From positions 13,208,001 through 13,272,000 of the forward strand of contig NC_045698.1 of the NCBI RefSeq assembly GCF_009834535.1: DNA of 64,000 nucleotides, written 5' to 3'. The notes below the pieces were generated by a model. The model searched no databases, was not told the DNA's origin, and saw only the letters and a program-made list of their open reading frames with translations. This document shows, one piece after another, positions 52,483 to 64,000 of the stretch; the stretch's first letter is position 1; each line of letters opens with the position of its first letter. The position numbers and the translations under genes were made by a program. This DNA is from Camelus ferus. Taxonomy: Eukaryota.

Positions 52483-53616
52483 TGTAAGACCTGTAATTCA
52501 GGCCCAATGTGACATGTCGCCTTGACATCTGGTGAAATCAGGGGGGCCTTGGATGACCTAAGTGCAAGTTCCTGCCCCTGCTCTGCTCCCCAGCCAAACA
52601 ACCTTCCTTTTCAAAGGGGCCAAGCACTGTGCCTACTTACCCCTGAGCAGTGGGCTTCAGTTTCCTGTCAGCACATGGGATCATTCAAACAAGCCAATGA
52701 AATCCTCCTATGGGAGTCAAGGGGACCACCGCCTCTTGTTACTACAAATCCTGACTCCCCTGACTGTCCACCTGTTCTGTGTGGTCCTGGGTGAAGCAGC
52801 ATCCTCTTCCAGGCTGTGGGGACATGTGACTAATAAACCCCTGTGTGTCTCCTCCGTCCAGTGGCAGGTGTTACACGTCCTGCTCTTCCTATAATCTTAA
52901 AGGAGCAATCCCTTCCTCACCACGGGGGTGAATAGGAGATGACTGTGTTATTAGAGCAGACAGATAGCTAGATATGAACAGAGAAAGGGGGATGCAGGCC
53001 AAATGGCAAGAATTGGGCAGAAAGGAAGGAAACAGGACAAATGCAGGAAATCATACATCGTGTAAACACCAGGGGTCCCTGGACAGAGAAAGAAAAGCAG
53101 GAACCTCTGAGCTGATAAGTGGTCACACCTTTTGGGGTGATGAGTGGCCTGGAGGCCGACAAAGACAGGTGGGAAAAGGCAGGAATCTCCAGTGTCCGAA
53201 TGTAACCTTTTGCTCATTATGTCCTCATTTCAATAAAATTAGCCTTGCAGATTAGAAGTACCCATCATGCACCGATGCCATGGCACTTCCCATCCAGACT
53301 AAATAAGGACAGAACTCCCTCCTCCCTTGGGAAGGTGGAGTTGGGATGAAAATCAGGCAATAGGATCCCAAACCCTTCCCTCCCCAGTGAATATTCTGCT
53401 CATTCGTTTTTACACCCTGTGTAACCACCTTGCCAAAGTAACTCAGCACAGCTGCTCTCCTGAGCCTGCCCCTCTCCCCTTGAGAGTGAGTGTACAATCC
53501 ATCCCTTAATAAATCCTCACTTTACTTTCTCAACCTCTGTGTCTCATCTCTGAAGTCTTTCTGGAATGGGACATGAACCTGGACACTGGTTACATCTACC
53601 AGCAACAATCAGAACA
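52483..53616 (+). mobile_element. Old ERV-L LTR (MER74/MER88-like), split near its 3' tip by a younger LTR
   Basis: TGTAAG..CCTTGACATCTGGTGAAATC..ATTCAAACAAGCCAAT..TGTGACTAATAAAC..GGGGTGAATAGGAG, then terminal ATCAGAACA at 53608-53616. Confidence 0.75.
52946..53607 (+). mobile_element. Solo LTR, ERV1-class, nested
   Basis: TGTT...CAACA termini, AATAAA near 53508, layout similar to the LTR at 23355-23907. Confidence 0.85.
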
Positions 53617-53998
53617 CATGGATTTTGGAAAACATTCAACAGGTATAGATGCACATCCACCCTGGAATGGAAGTCTGGCCCCACCAGTGAGAGTTCAGCA
53701 GAAAACCAGCTGAATTCGCAGGCTCCTAAGGAAAATTGGAGAAACTGCATAAGTGTCTGCTCCTGTAGCTGGAAGAGTCCTAACCTTTGCTCCTGAATCA
53801 ATGAAGATGATAGGTGTTTTCTGCTAGTGCTTCTACTGGTAACTTGCTGGCTGCAACGCTGCAGGCACAGAGCATCGTGTCAATAGAGAAGCAGAATCCT
53901 GTGCAGGTGAGACTGGGGAGGAGCTGAGGGCCTGGCGGAATTCCTGCTGCTCAGAAAGCACCAGCAATCAGACCTGAGCACCCATGAATGTCTTAGAC

Positions 53999-54511
53999 TG
54001 CTACTGAGCCAAACTCATTCTGATCACCACATGACAGACCAATAAATCAGGAGGTGAGGTGCTGGGGCAAGGAATTACAACTTTATTTGGAAAGCTGGAT
54101 GACTGAAGATGGGGGACTGATGTCCTAGACAACCATCTTACCCAAGTCAGAATTCAGGCTTTTTATACCAAAAAAGGGAGGGGGTGTGGTTGGTTGTTGC
54201 AAACTTGTTGGTGTCAGAATCCTTTGTTTTTGCTGCTGTCCACGCAGATCAGGTCATGTTGTTCCCGCAAACCTCCAAAAAAAAAAAAAATACTATTTTC
54301 TGTTTCGCAACTTTTTATGTCTATATGAATGGAAAAGTGTTCTACCCTTAAAGGTCAGAGTCTTGAGAATGGGCTCTCCTGTATATTTCAGGCTCTAGGC
54401 AACATTCTTTTACCAATGGTGCAGAACCAGCATGACTCAGCACAGGAAACAGAGCCCAAGGCTAGAGCTAAAGAGATTTACTACAGAGTCAGATTTGTTC
54501 TTCCCTATTCA
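53999..54511 (-). mobile_element. Solo LTR, same family as 26894-27381
   Basis: TG...CA ends, near-TSD AGAC/AGGC, shares AAAGGTCAGAG..TTGAGAATGGGCT..TGTATATTTCAGGCT.TAGGCAACATT with the 27-kb copy. Confidence 0.9.
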
Positions 54512-54589
54512 AGGCCAATGAGAGCACACTCATGTGTGTTTCACATCACACATGGAGAAGAATTAGACTTACAGAAATAGACTGCTCTT

Positions 54590-55230
54590 AGAGAAAAACA
54601 AATGACCAAAAGATAGATAACTCCAATACAAACAACAATAACAGCAAGAACCATAATAGTAAGAGTGCTTCATGACAGCCTGTTTTAGCATGTAAACATT
54701 TTCATATAACTTTAATATAATAATATTCCAACATTTTAGTGGATGAATAGAGAAAATGGATGGTCAATGTTAAAACCCCAATCGATGACCTAGGCAATCA
54801 AATGAAAGAAATAGCTCAAGATTCAAAGCAAATCTACACAGACTTGGAAATCAAAAGGGAAAAGATAAGAGTCCAGAGCAGAGGTCTCATTAGGTAGGAC
54901 CACTACTCACGCAGTTCTAAGGGCACCATCCACACAGCACAACCCCCAGACTTCTGTCTTGTGGTGTTTCCAGATCCGGGAAAATTTTTATGTGAATAGC
55001 TTAGAGTTCAGAAGATGAAAACAGCAGAGGAAGAGAGAAGGTGAGATCATAGCAGAAATTTTCTCTGTATCAAAGAGGAATCAGCAAATTTAAAAGGCTC
55101 ACAGAATTCCAGGAAGCTTGGTAAGAAAGAACAGATTAAGCATATCCTGCTCTAGTGACATAATACTAAGAGAAACTGTCACAAGCTCTCAGGCAGAACA
55201 AGAAAAATAATATGTACTTTACAGAGACTG
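54590..55230 (+). mobile_element. Decayed L1/HAL1 ORF1-like remnant
   Basis: A-rich, GAAAAGATAAGAG..AGAGTTCAGAAG..GCAGAAATTTTC..AAAAGGCTCAC pattern typical of ORF1 relics. Confidence 0.55.
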
Positions 55231-56319
55231 GAGCGGTGATCCTCACCCAGCTGGACTGATCACACAGGTTAGTGGTCAGGGACCATTTTGAATAACAGCC
55301 TTTTTATACTTCAGAAAGCAGAGAGCTGACCACCATCGCTGCACTTGCTGCCTGGGTCAGGGACAATGTGACAGCTGGCCGGCAGAAGCAGCGACCTCTG
55401 ATTCCTGTTAGAACAAAGATCAGAACTGCATTGAGAGAAGACCTTGAATAGAACTGCTTTTTCACTAAGCCACAGAAAACGCTACTTTTTAAAACAATTT
55501 TTTTTTCACACATTAATCTTGTATTTCTCTGAGGGCAAAAAGTAACTGAGTCAAGATACAGTGAAGTTGCATTTCTTAAGTAAGTTAGTGAAATGCAATT
55601 TATAACTGTTTTGGCATCAAAGGCAACAAAATTTCTTGGTTGGTCTTGTGCTGAAGAGTCTTGTTGATGAGATCTCAAGATTATTCTGACGGGGTGGAGA
55701 GGTTTGAGCAAGTGGTCAGTGCAAACAAATGTTCTGTGGAAAAGAAAGGGGAGTTTAGAAATTATGTAATTTGATATGTTTCTTATTTTGAGAGAGCACG
55801 GCACCCAAAAAGCTTAGAAAGTTTTAGAACAGGTAAGTAGCAGGCAGGGGGGCAGGATATTTTTTCCCCGTTATCCCATGTTCTCATGCTCATCCCATAA
55901 AGTTGATATCTATCTGTATCTGTTTACTACCTTTTAATTTTTGCCATGATCTTTTGCTGAGGACATAAATTATTTCGAAAATTTTCCAGATGACGAGTAC
56001 TGAGAAATTTGTGCTTTTTAAATGCGATAGGACTAGTCCAACAATAGTTGTTACAGTTCCAGTGCAATAAATGTTGAAAAACTCCCTCCTGATACTTATT
56101 TTTGGCAAAGCAAAATTTATTTGTTTGGAGAGTTTCCAAAGAGAAAAATTATGTCTAGCATGAGTTTTATTAACTGATTTTTTTTGGGGGGATATGAATA
56201 TTTGCTTTCACATTTTTTTTTCTCTATCTAAGAGACTGTGACTCAGTTATTTTTCCCATTTTATGTCTGAATGTTGGAGAGAACTCTGGAGAACCAAGCA
56301 TCTGAGGATTCTGGAAACA

Positions 56320-56850
56320 CTGGTTCAGCACAGTAAAAAAGCAAATTGAGAAAAATATGCAAAAATATAATTAGTCTGATTAGTATTCAAATACACCTAA
56401 TAAAATAGCCATGCAATATTACTTTCTATTCAATAGATGGCCGAATATCATTTTAAATAGAAATACTTGTCTTCAGCTACAGGTTGGAGAAGTGGACGTT
56501 TGTATGTTGCAGTTTGCAGTATAACAAGGTGTAACGTTTCTAGATAGTTGTTTAGTAACATATTTTTAATACTTAGTACCAACTTGTGACTGAGTTTTCC
56601 AATTCCAGTTTTATGAATTAATCTTTAGGAAATCCATCAATCAAATCAACACTGGATTATAAAGAATTTTTACTGAAATTTATTTTTTAATACCCCCAAA
56701 CAAAAATAATCTAAATGTCTAACAATATGTTAATGATCACATACTGTATGTAGCACATTCAGCCATGCAATGAAATTAGGAATAAAAATGAGAATTTCAA
56801 ATGTGTCTGTTCTTATGTTCATTGACATACAAAGATGGACTTTCCTTATT
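56320..56850 (+). mobile_element. Very old L1 (L1ME-like) 3' remnant
   Basis: AATAATCTAAATGTCTAACAATA..CATGCAATGAAATT and related motifs. Confidence 0.55.
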
Positions 56851-57039
56851 ATTATATATACATATATTATTATTCCACACAAATAATGATTTTTAGTATA
56901 AAATTCAAATGTATTTTACATACAGTTGTATATATATGCATATTTATATACATATTTTTATACATTAATAATCTCTTTTTTACCATGTTTTCTCTATTAT
57001 TAAAATTATTAAAATATTAATATACATTTTTTCTTCAGG

Positions 57040-57645
57040 AAATTTTTTTTCTGCTTTACTGAGGTAGAATTGCAAATAAAATTGTATGCATTTAAAGTGT
57101 GCAATGTGATGATCTGATATACATACCACTGTGGTTATCAGTCAAATTAATTAACACATCCATCATCTCACATAGTTCATTTGTGTGTGTGTGTGATGAG
57201 AACACTTAAGATCTACTATTTTAGTAATTTCAAGTATACAACATTATTAACTATAGTCATCCTGCTGTCTATTAGACCCTCAAAACATATTCACCTTTTA
57301 ATTGAAAGTGTGTACCCTTTGATCAGTATCTTTCCATTTCCAACACTCTCCAGTGTTGGCAACCAACACTCTACTCTGTTTCTATGAGTTAGACATTTTT
57401 AGAGTCCACGTGTGAGTGATCTCGTGTGATATTTGTCCTTTTCTGTCTAGCTTATTAAATTTAGCATATGGCTCCAGGTTCATCCATATTGTTGTGAATA
57501 GCAGGATTTCTTCCTTTTTTTATGGCTGAAAACCTATATATATTAGATATAACATATAAAATATATTTTACATATAACTATTATATATCACATATATATA
57601 ACATATATGACATTTTCTTTAACCATTTACCTGTCAAAAAACATT
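57040..57645 (-). mobile_element. L1 3' UTR (L1MA9-like), antisense
   Basis: CTTTACTGAGGTA..TTAACACATCCATCATCTCACATAGTT..GAGAACACTTAAGATCTACT..GGCAGGATTTC-like TAGCAGGATTTCTTCC. Confidence 0.9.
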
Positions 57646-58497
57646 TAATACAGTTTTGTTTCAGATTTTAACCCCAAAACCAACGAATAATCTGGCTTTT
57701 AATGGGCATTGAGCTATGTAGAATAGAGATAAGGTGCCCAGTTTCACAGCTTAATCAATTTAGAAGTATTTTCCCCTACTAGGAATGTCAAAGGAAGAGT
57801 GTGATTGAATTATTCTTTTACTATGCAGATGCTTAATGTTATTTTTAATGTAAATTTTTCAGAAGTCAGTTCATTTGTGACGGTTACTCAGAGCAATATG
57901 AAAGCTAGGGATAGAGCCACTGTTTGGGGCTGATGGTGCAATGTTAACAGACAACACATAGAACAGACCTAAACCACAGGTTCCTCTCCCATTAAACAAA
58001 ATGAACTTCAAGAGTAGATCAACTTCAATTAAATTTATGAAGTAGCTCAAAACATTCCAACTTATAAAATGGTGGATGTTTTGTGGCTTTGAGTGAACTT
58101 GCCTCCAGGCTCACCGATTTTATAAGTCAGAACTTAAACAAAACCAGACCAAACAAACAACACACAAAAATGCAAACATTACTTAAGATTTTCTGTTAGT
58201 AATCTGAGAGAAATTACTATAAATTGTTCCTGGGAAATGAAAGCTTAGTATCAATACCTGAATCACAACAATGTGCTATGTTATGAAGCAAACTTCTAGT
58301 CCAATGACAGACAGAATAACATAGTTAAAAGGACAATTCAGTTGTACTGATGAATCCTTTTATCATTAACCAGATACCGAAATTTGATCAAAACATTGGT
58401 CATTTTCAATATCATTGAAAATATGAAATCTAATTTGACTTTTTTTTTCCTTACTATGAATGTGATGGGGAGAATTATAGAATTCATTACAACCAAA

Positions 58498-58565
58498 AAT
58501 AGAATGGAACAGAATGGAATACTATAGAACAGAAGGGAAGAGAAAAGATAGAAGAGAATAGAATA
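58498..58565. repeat. Degenerate (GAATA/GAATG)n pentanucleotide repeat
   Basis: Directly visible. Confidence 0.7.
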
Positions 58566-58670
58566 TGAGTTTTTGGTTTTGAACCTGGTTTAATTCTTCC
58601 TCAATTACTTACTAAAAAATGATTCATGAATGAGCTGCTTAACCAGATTGGGGTGGCTGGCTGGCTTTCC

Positions 58671-58671
58671 T

Positions 58672-58726
<55 letters not shown>

Positions 58727-58760
58727 CTCTTTCTCTCTTTCTCTCTTTCTCTCTTTCTTT
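58671..58760. repeat. (TTTC)n microsatellite grading into (TC)n
   Basis: Directly visible; it explains the spurious FFLS-repeat ORF. Confidence 0.97.
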
Positions 58761-59989
58761 AATTTATTTACTTTTTAAAACTACTCACAGAGATGTGGAA
58801 ATTAAGAGGAAATATCTAAAGTAGAAGGCATAGCTAGGTACTTGACATAGTTATTTTACAGCGGGTGGGTAAGAACATGACACAAATTCTTTGTCCTTTG
58901 TTCCATCCATTCCAACCTTTAAGCATTTTATCATTGAAAAGTCACAAAAGGCATATCTAATTCAGTTCATGAATACATGTCTAGAAGGAACAGATGAAAT
59001 ATTTGTTGCCAGAATCAAAATACAGTTACTGGCAAAGCAAGAGGATCGTCTTCACTAATTAGCTTTAAAATGGGAAAAAATGCAAGCCCTGGTTTTAGAG
59101 TCAAAGACTCAGTTGCACAAAGTCAGGTGAAGAGAATCCTGAGTTAACAGTAAATCCTAATGAAAATATCTGTTGGAGTCAGTTTTCTGTGCTCTATACT
59201 AAATGCTTTTTACCAAAAGAAGGATGCGCTTGTTAAGAATCAAGAATAAACTTGGGTTTAATTAATATGACTGTAGCATTGAATCATAGGAAGGCCATAG
59301 ATTACTGTGTAGTAATCAAAGCTGACCTGGGGTATTCAGTGCTTAAAACTGGCTTTTTATAGTGGATCTGGACAGACAAAGGAAACCATTTAAAAAGCTC
59401 TTGCCTACAGTCTAGTCCCATGCCTTCCTCTAGACAGAAGATGCTCACACTCATCCACTGTCTCCAAAGGCTAGCGCTCACATTTTCCTTAAATTTCCTA
59501 GGGAGCTGATCCTCAGATGCTGTACCTTATTCTATACATAAAACCTCTGAATTCAATGTCACCCCTTTCTTAACTCTAGCACTTGTCCTGGCTAAGCCCA
59601 AGGCGGCTTCTTTTATTCATCCTTCAAAGCTGCTGTTAAGAATTTAACAATTCTGAGGGAAAGTCACGATTAAGAACTTGGCAAGCTATAAGACTGACAT
59701 TTTCAGCATAGCTGAATGAAAAATGGAGTGTGCTGGAGATGGTCTGTGAAATTCTTCAACCAGAGGTTATATAACTTTGATTCAGAGACCTTGGAGTGAA
59801 GTTACTTGGATGGCTTTTGAGGTCCCTTTCAATTAGCAACTTATGTGCTGAGGTCACATCCAATAGAAGTAAGTAGATAAGTGTAAGAACATTCAAAATG
59901 AATGGGTAATGAGTTAAAGATGAATTACAATTATAATTGATATTAAAATTCAAGTAATATTTATTGAGCTCATAGTATTTAAAAAATGT

Positions 59990-60230
59990 ATTCCATAAAC
60001 ATTTTTTAACCACAATTTATGTGCCAGACACTTACAATACAGTAGTGAAAAAAATGGGACAAAAATATCTGCCCACATAAAGTTTGCATTCTAGTGGGAG
60101 GAGAGAAACTATAAAAATAAATGTAATAAATATGTAAATTATGTTAGTTTAAAAGTGATCTGGGTAGAGAGTAAATGAATATAACCTTGTAAGAGAACTC
60201 CTAGGTGCTGGAGGTGGGTTGGAATGAGGG
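59990..60230 (-). mobile_element. L2 3' end relic
   Basis: TATGTGCCAGACAC..ATACAGTAGTGAA..CTGCCCAC..GTTTGCATTCTAGTGGGAGGAGAG. Confidence 0.75.
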
Positions 60231-61007
60231 CAAGAACCACATTCTGTTAAGAATTTTAACACATTTTGCTGCATGCCTAAATTTAATGAGATTTTGACTT
60301 TCAAATATAATAAGCCATACAGACTGAGAAATCACAGATAAAAGATTTCAAATAACCAGCAGGTTTTATCTGAAAGGACAGAGTCTACATGTATATTGGT
60401 ATGCATCAAGCAAATAATAGTTCATTCTTTTCATGTTTGCAACTTTTTTATTAACTTAAAAATCCAGTATCTTGGAACAACATGCAAAAAAGAAGCGGAA
60501 TGATTCCTGTTTCAATGATTCTGGAGGCATCTAAATCCTTTAAAATCTAAAATCTAAATCCTTTCTAAGGTTGATTTATATTATAGCCTATAGTCCAAGC
60601 AAAACAAACATCACTAGAGTATCATTTCTTGAACTGCACCTGGAAATTTGGTCTTAGTCTCTCAATGTTTGGAATAGAGTAGACCTGGGAGTACAAAAAC
60701 AAAACAAAACAAAACAAAAGCTAAACCCTAATGTCCACTGAGAACATGCCTGATATTTTACATACATGAATTCATATACAGTTAAAGGAAAAAACAAAAC
60801 ACTCCTAGAGTAAGATGCCATAATGATACATGTCTCCGGACAATGAAGGCAGAATATGTTTAACATTAGCTGTGTGGAGTTCTACTATTGCATGATTACA
60901 ACCTTAATTTTTTAAATTCTATATTAAATCATGGAGATTTTCAGTTTTCTAAGAGCTGGAAATTTCCTGTTTCAGCAAAATATAACTGAAATATATATTG
61001 TCCCTTT

Positions 61008-61739
61008 TGTTGAAGATCTTAATCGGGGGGAGCTTTGAAAGAGGAGAGTATGTAGAGTAATATTGGGGACTTACATCTCATTGAGTCTCCTACCAGCTCA
61101 GAAAAACCTCTTCACCGAAGTAGAAGAGAAAGAAAACATCTTCCTTAGTGAATAAAATTTTAATCAGGATTTGGTGTGAAGTCACAGGCAGTCCACTAAA
61201 GAGACTGTTAAGTCAGAAAGAAATCTCACCCTTTTTATAGCCAAGTGGACACAACCCATTACATACAAATTCACAAAATAAATGATGACTAGCGCTCTAG
61301 TAAGAGGACTTGACAGCACTATTTGTCGCATGTAGTGTATCCGAATTCACCTGGTAGTTAGGATGACCATTTGTGTTAGCTAATTGGCTTTTTTCCAAAA
61401 GAAAAATAAACTTCTCATACCTTTATGTCAGAACTTAAGGCTAGGCACCAGCCCAGATTAGCCTTCTACCCTCCCACAGAAACAGGGAGATGAGGAGGAC
61501 TGTCTTTCCTGATGATATTTTAAAGAAATAACTCCTAGACCCTTGAAGAAACATTACTAGATTGAAAAATTAAGAGGCTCGTTTAACTGGTAAAAAGGTT
61601 TACACACATTTCAGAGAAGCTGAGAAATACTTTAAAACTACAAGTTTTCCAAAGTAAATGCTGAAAGAACTAATGTATCTTTCTCATTTTTCCATCAGGA
61701 AAAATTATCTTTTATAAAATATTGTTGTTTACCTTTAGA
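61008..61739 (-). mobile_element. Old ERV1 (MER4-group) LTR, antisense
   Basis: GAAAGAAATCTCACCCTTTTTATAGCCAAG..GTAAGAGGACTTGACAGCAC..GTGTTAGCTAATTGGCTTT..CTACCCTCCCACAGAAAC. Confidence 0.7.
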
Positions 61740-62599
61740 GTACCCATATCTTTATATTATGTATGCAGTAATAAATATATCACTTTTATGAACATAAGAT
61801 GTGAAATTTCATTCATACTGTAATAAGCAAAAATATTTCTTATAAATAGATCACAAGGAAAGAAATTAATTGAGGAAAGCTTATTTCTGACAAAAATATT
61901 ACAACTGATAGGAGATATTTATATATTGAAGTAAATAATTTATATTGAACAACTTCCTTTATAAGAATTGCAACTTAAATCAACATTTAAGCAAGAACAT
62001 CACTGTTTGTCAATCTTTAGCTTCTTTACTTCTAAATATCATATCAAAATAGGAGCATATAATGACTTTAAAAATATTTGTTAAGAAAAAAGCTAGTATA
62101 AGAAAATCAGATGCCACAGATGATTTAATTGGTGAACTGAATTGTGTTTCCAAGAAGTATGAGGGTGTGATAATAATCATTAAAACTGTGCCTTGCAAAA
62201 CATAATAATAAATTAGAAGCAGTCAAGGGAAAATCTCAAACTGATTGGGATTTAGGCTTATAATGGGTAGTAAATATTTCCCAATTATCTCATAAAGAGT
62301 AATGGTGGTATTCTTTATTGAAATTGAATTCCCTGTCTTCATATTCGCTGAACAAAACTAAAATCAAGTTGACATACAAAACACTAATGGAGGTATTTTC
62401 CTTTTGGATTTTAAGGTGAACCTGTGGTTTCTTTTCCTTGGACCTTTACACAAAACATAGCTCATGGTAAACAATCTAATAAATGAATTTGTTTGGTTTA
62501 ATTTTTACTTTACTATTTTAAAAGGAGTGACATTTAGGAAGAAGTATTTCACGAGCTAACCAAGTTGGATATAGAATGAGCATGAGGAAGCTTAGTTAT

Positions 62600-62835
62600 G
62601 AAGGACCACTGCATCAGTGAAGCAGCAAGACCATGGACAGGCAGCCACGGAACACTGATTTTACATCAATTTTATGTAATCTTGGATCACTTTTATGATC
62701 TGAGATTATTCACTTATCAGCATCAACATTTTGAAAACTTACTCTTACAATGTTTATAAAATTAGACATATGCCTGTAAAGTCTGTAATAGTTCCTAGTT
62801 TAGAATAAGTGCTCCAGTAAAGGTAGATATTCTGT
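62600..62835 (+). mobile_element. MIR relic
   Basis: TATGTAATCTTGGATCACTT..TGTAAAGTCTG..TAAGTGCTCCAGTAAAGGTAG. Confidence 0.5.
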
Positions 62836-63399
62836 TACTATTTGAGTTTCCACATCCTACTGCAGCTTCAAAATGGTTTAGGAAATGTGCACAACCTTGC
62901 TAATCACTGTATGGGTAAGCACAAAGAAAGCTAAATATGTTCAACATATTTTGGAAAAAAGAATCTAATCATTTCTTCAACCTATATCATGAAGTCTGTA
63001 AAACAACCAAAAGAAAAATAGTTTGCCTACAGTAATCTATACCATACAAGACACAACAAGAGAGAATCCAAACATGGGAAAAATAACATTAGAAAAATTA
63101 GATGAAATGGAAAATATAGTTAGTGTAAAAAATGCATACCATTAGGGGTTAGTGGGAGTGACATGTATGGCCTTGAGCTTCCTATTAAAAAATACAAATA
63201 AAAAGATACATACTTAAAGTGTGTTAATTTCCTTAAAACAGCATCAGGGGAATCCAATAGTTTTCTTATTTCTATTACTGAGAACCGAAAGAACTTTCTC
63301 ATGTTAGGTCTTCAAAATGGAAAATTGTTTTAGATAAAGAAAAAGCACGCTATTGCTTCTGTTATCAATGATATACTCTATTCAGTAAGATATTTCCTT

Positions 63400-63833
63400 T
63401 GTGAAATGTGAAATGAAATTAAATCACTTCTATCAAGCTCTTTTAAAATGGAGCCAGAAGGCCATTCATGAGGTTTTATACATGTCCTCACTTGGTGGAA
63501 CCTTGAACTTTGAACTAGGTCAAACCACAAGTATTCTGAGAACTCAGAAAGAACACCTACAAGGTGTCAGAGCAGTGGACTTTTCCTTCCTCTAGTAACA
63601 GCCTTAGCACTCAATCCTGTTTAGTTAAGACTAGCTTCTGCATCCAACTCCAATTCTAATTCTTTGTAATGTAAATCTCCCTTCTTTGTTTTTAAAAGCC
63701 CTTGATTTTTACTCCTTATTGAGATACTGTTTGGGTTGCTTTCAAAATCTGTGTGTCCTGAATTGCAATTCTTGGATTCCCAAATAAATGTTTTCTACCT
63801 TATTATTGCCTCCTAGGTGTATTTAGGGTAACA
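63400..63833 (+). mobile_element. Solo LTR, MER89/MER34-like ERV1
   Basis: TGTG...GTAACA termini, TTTAAAATGGAGCCAG.AGGCCATT and TCCTGAATTGCAATTCTT..CCCAAATAAA. Confidence 0.8.
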
Positions 63834-64000
63834 CTTAAAAAAAAAAATTCTCCCTTGGAGTTAACACATGTCAAAGCAAAGAACGATAATTCTCTGATGA
63901 GTAGAGGAGGTTTATGTATGATAGTTTTTTGGTCAATGTTAAACCAATATATATACAATTTCCATATATGTGTGTGATGTGTGTCCATGTGTTATAAGCA

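Noticed and set aside
55304..55804. Longest ORF in the track (166 aa, minus strand)
   Set aside because: Non-ATG start, no recognisable domain, and composition typical of random AT-rich DNA.
1..64000. CRISPR array, operon or other prokaryotic or viral system
   Set aside because: The sequence is mammalian non-coding DNA with no regularly spaced repeats and no long ORFs.

Overview
This is AT-rich, repeat-dense placental-mammal genomic DNA. It is most likely from a camelid, judging by a tRNA-derived SINE and L1 3' ends that resemble camelid families. I find no credible protein-coding gene, RNA gene or CRISPR-like system, and the ORF track is essentially noise plus decayed retroelement frames. 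The window looks intergenic or deep-intronic. It holds many L1 fragments, L2 and MIR relics, about 14 LTRs (several solo LTRs with readable target-site duplications), a fossil ERV-L provirus with gag/pol remnants, DNA-transposon MITEs (Tigger1, Tigger13-like, MER33, MER53, MER102-like) and microsatellites. The most notable structures are: two independent young L1 stubs inside one Tigger1 MITE; an LTR-in-LTR nest; an unexplained 60-bp gap-free local duplication; a strong CTCF motif in a CpG-retaining patch; a CpG-retaining promoter-like motif cluster; and a cluster of short palindromes. Repeat family names come from recalled consensus sequences, not from a search, and boundaries of old elements are approximate.
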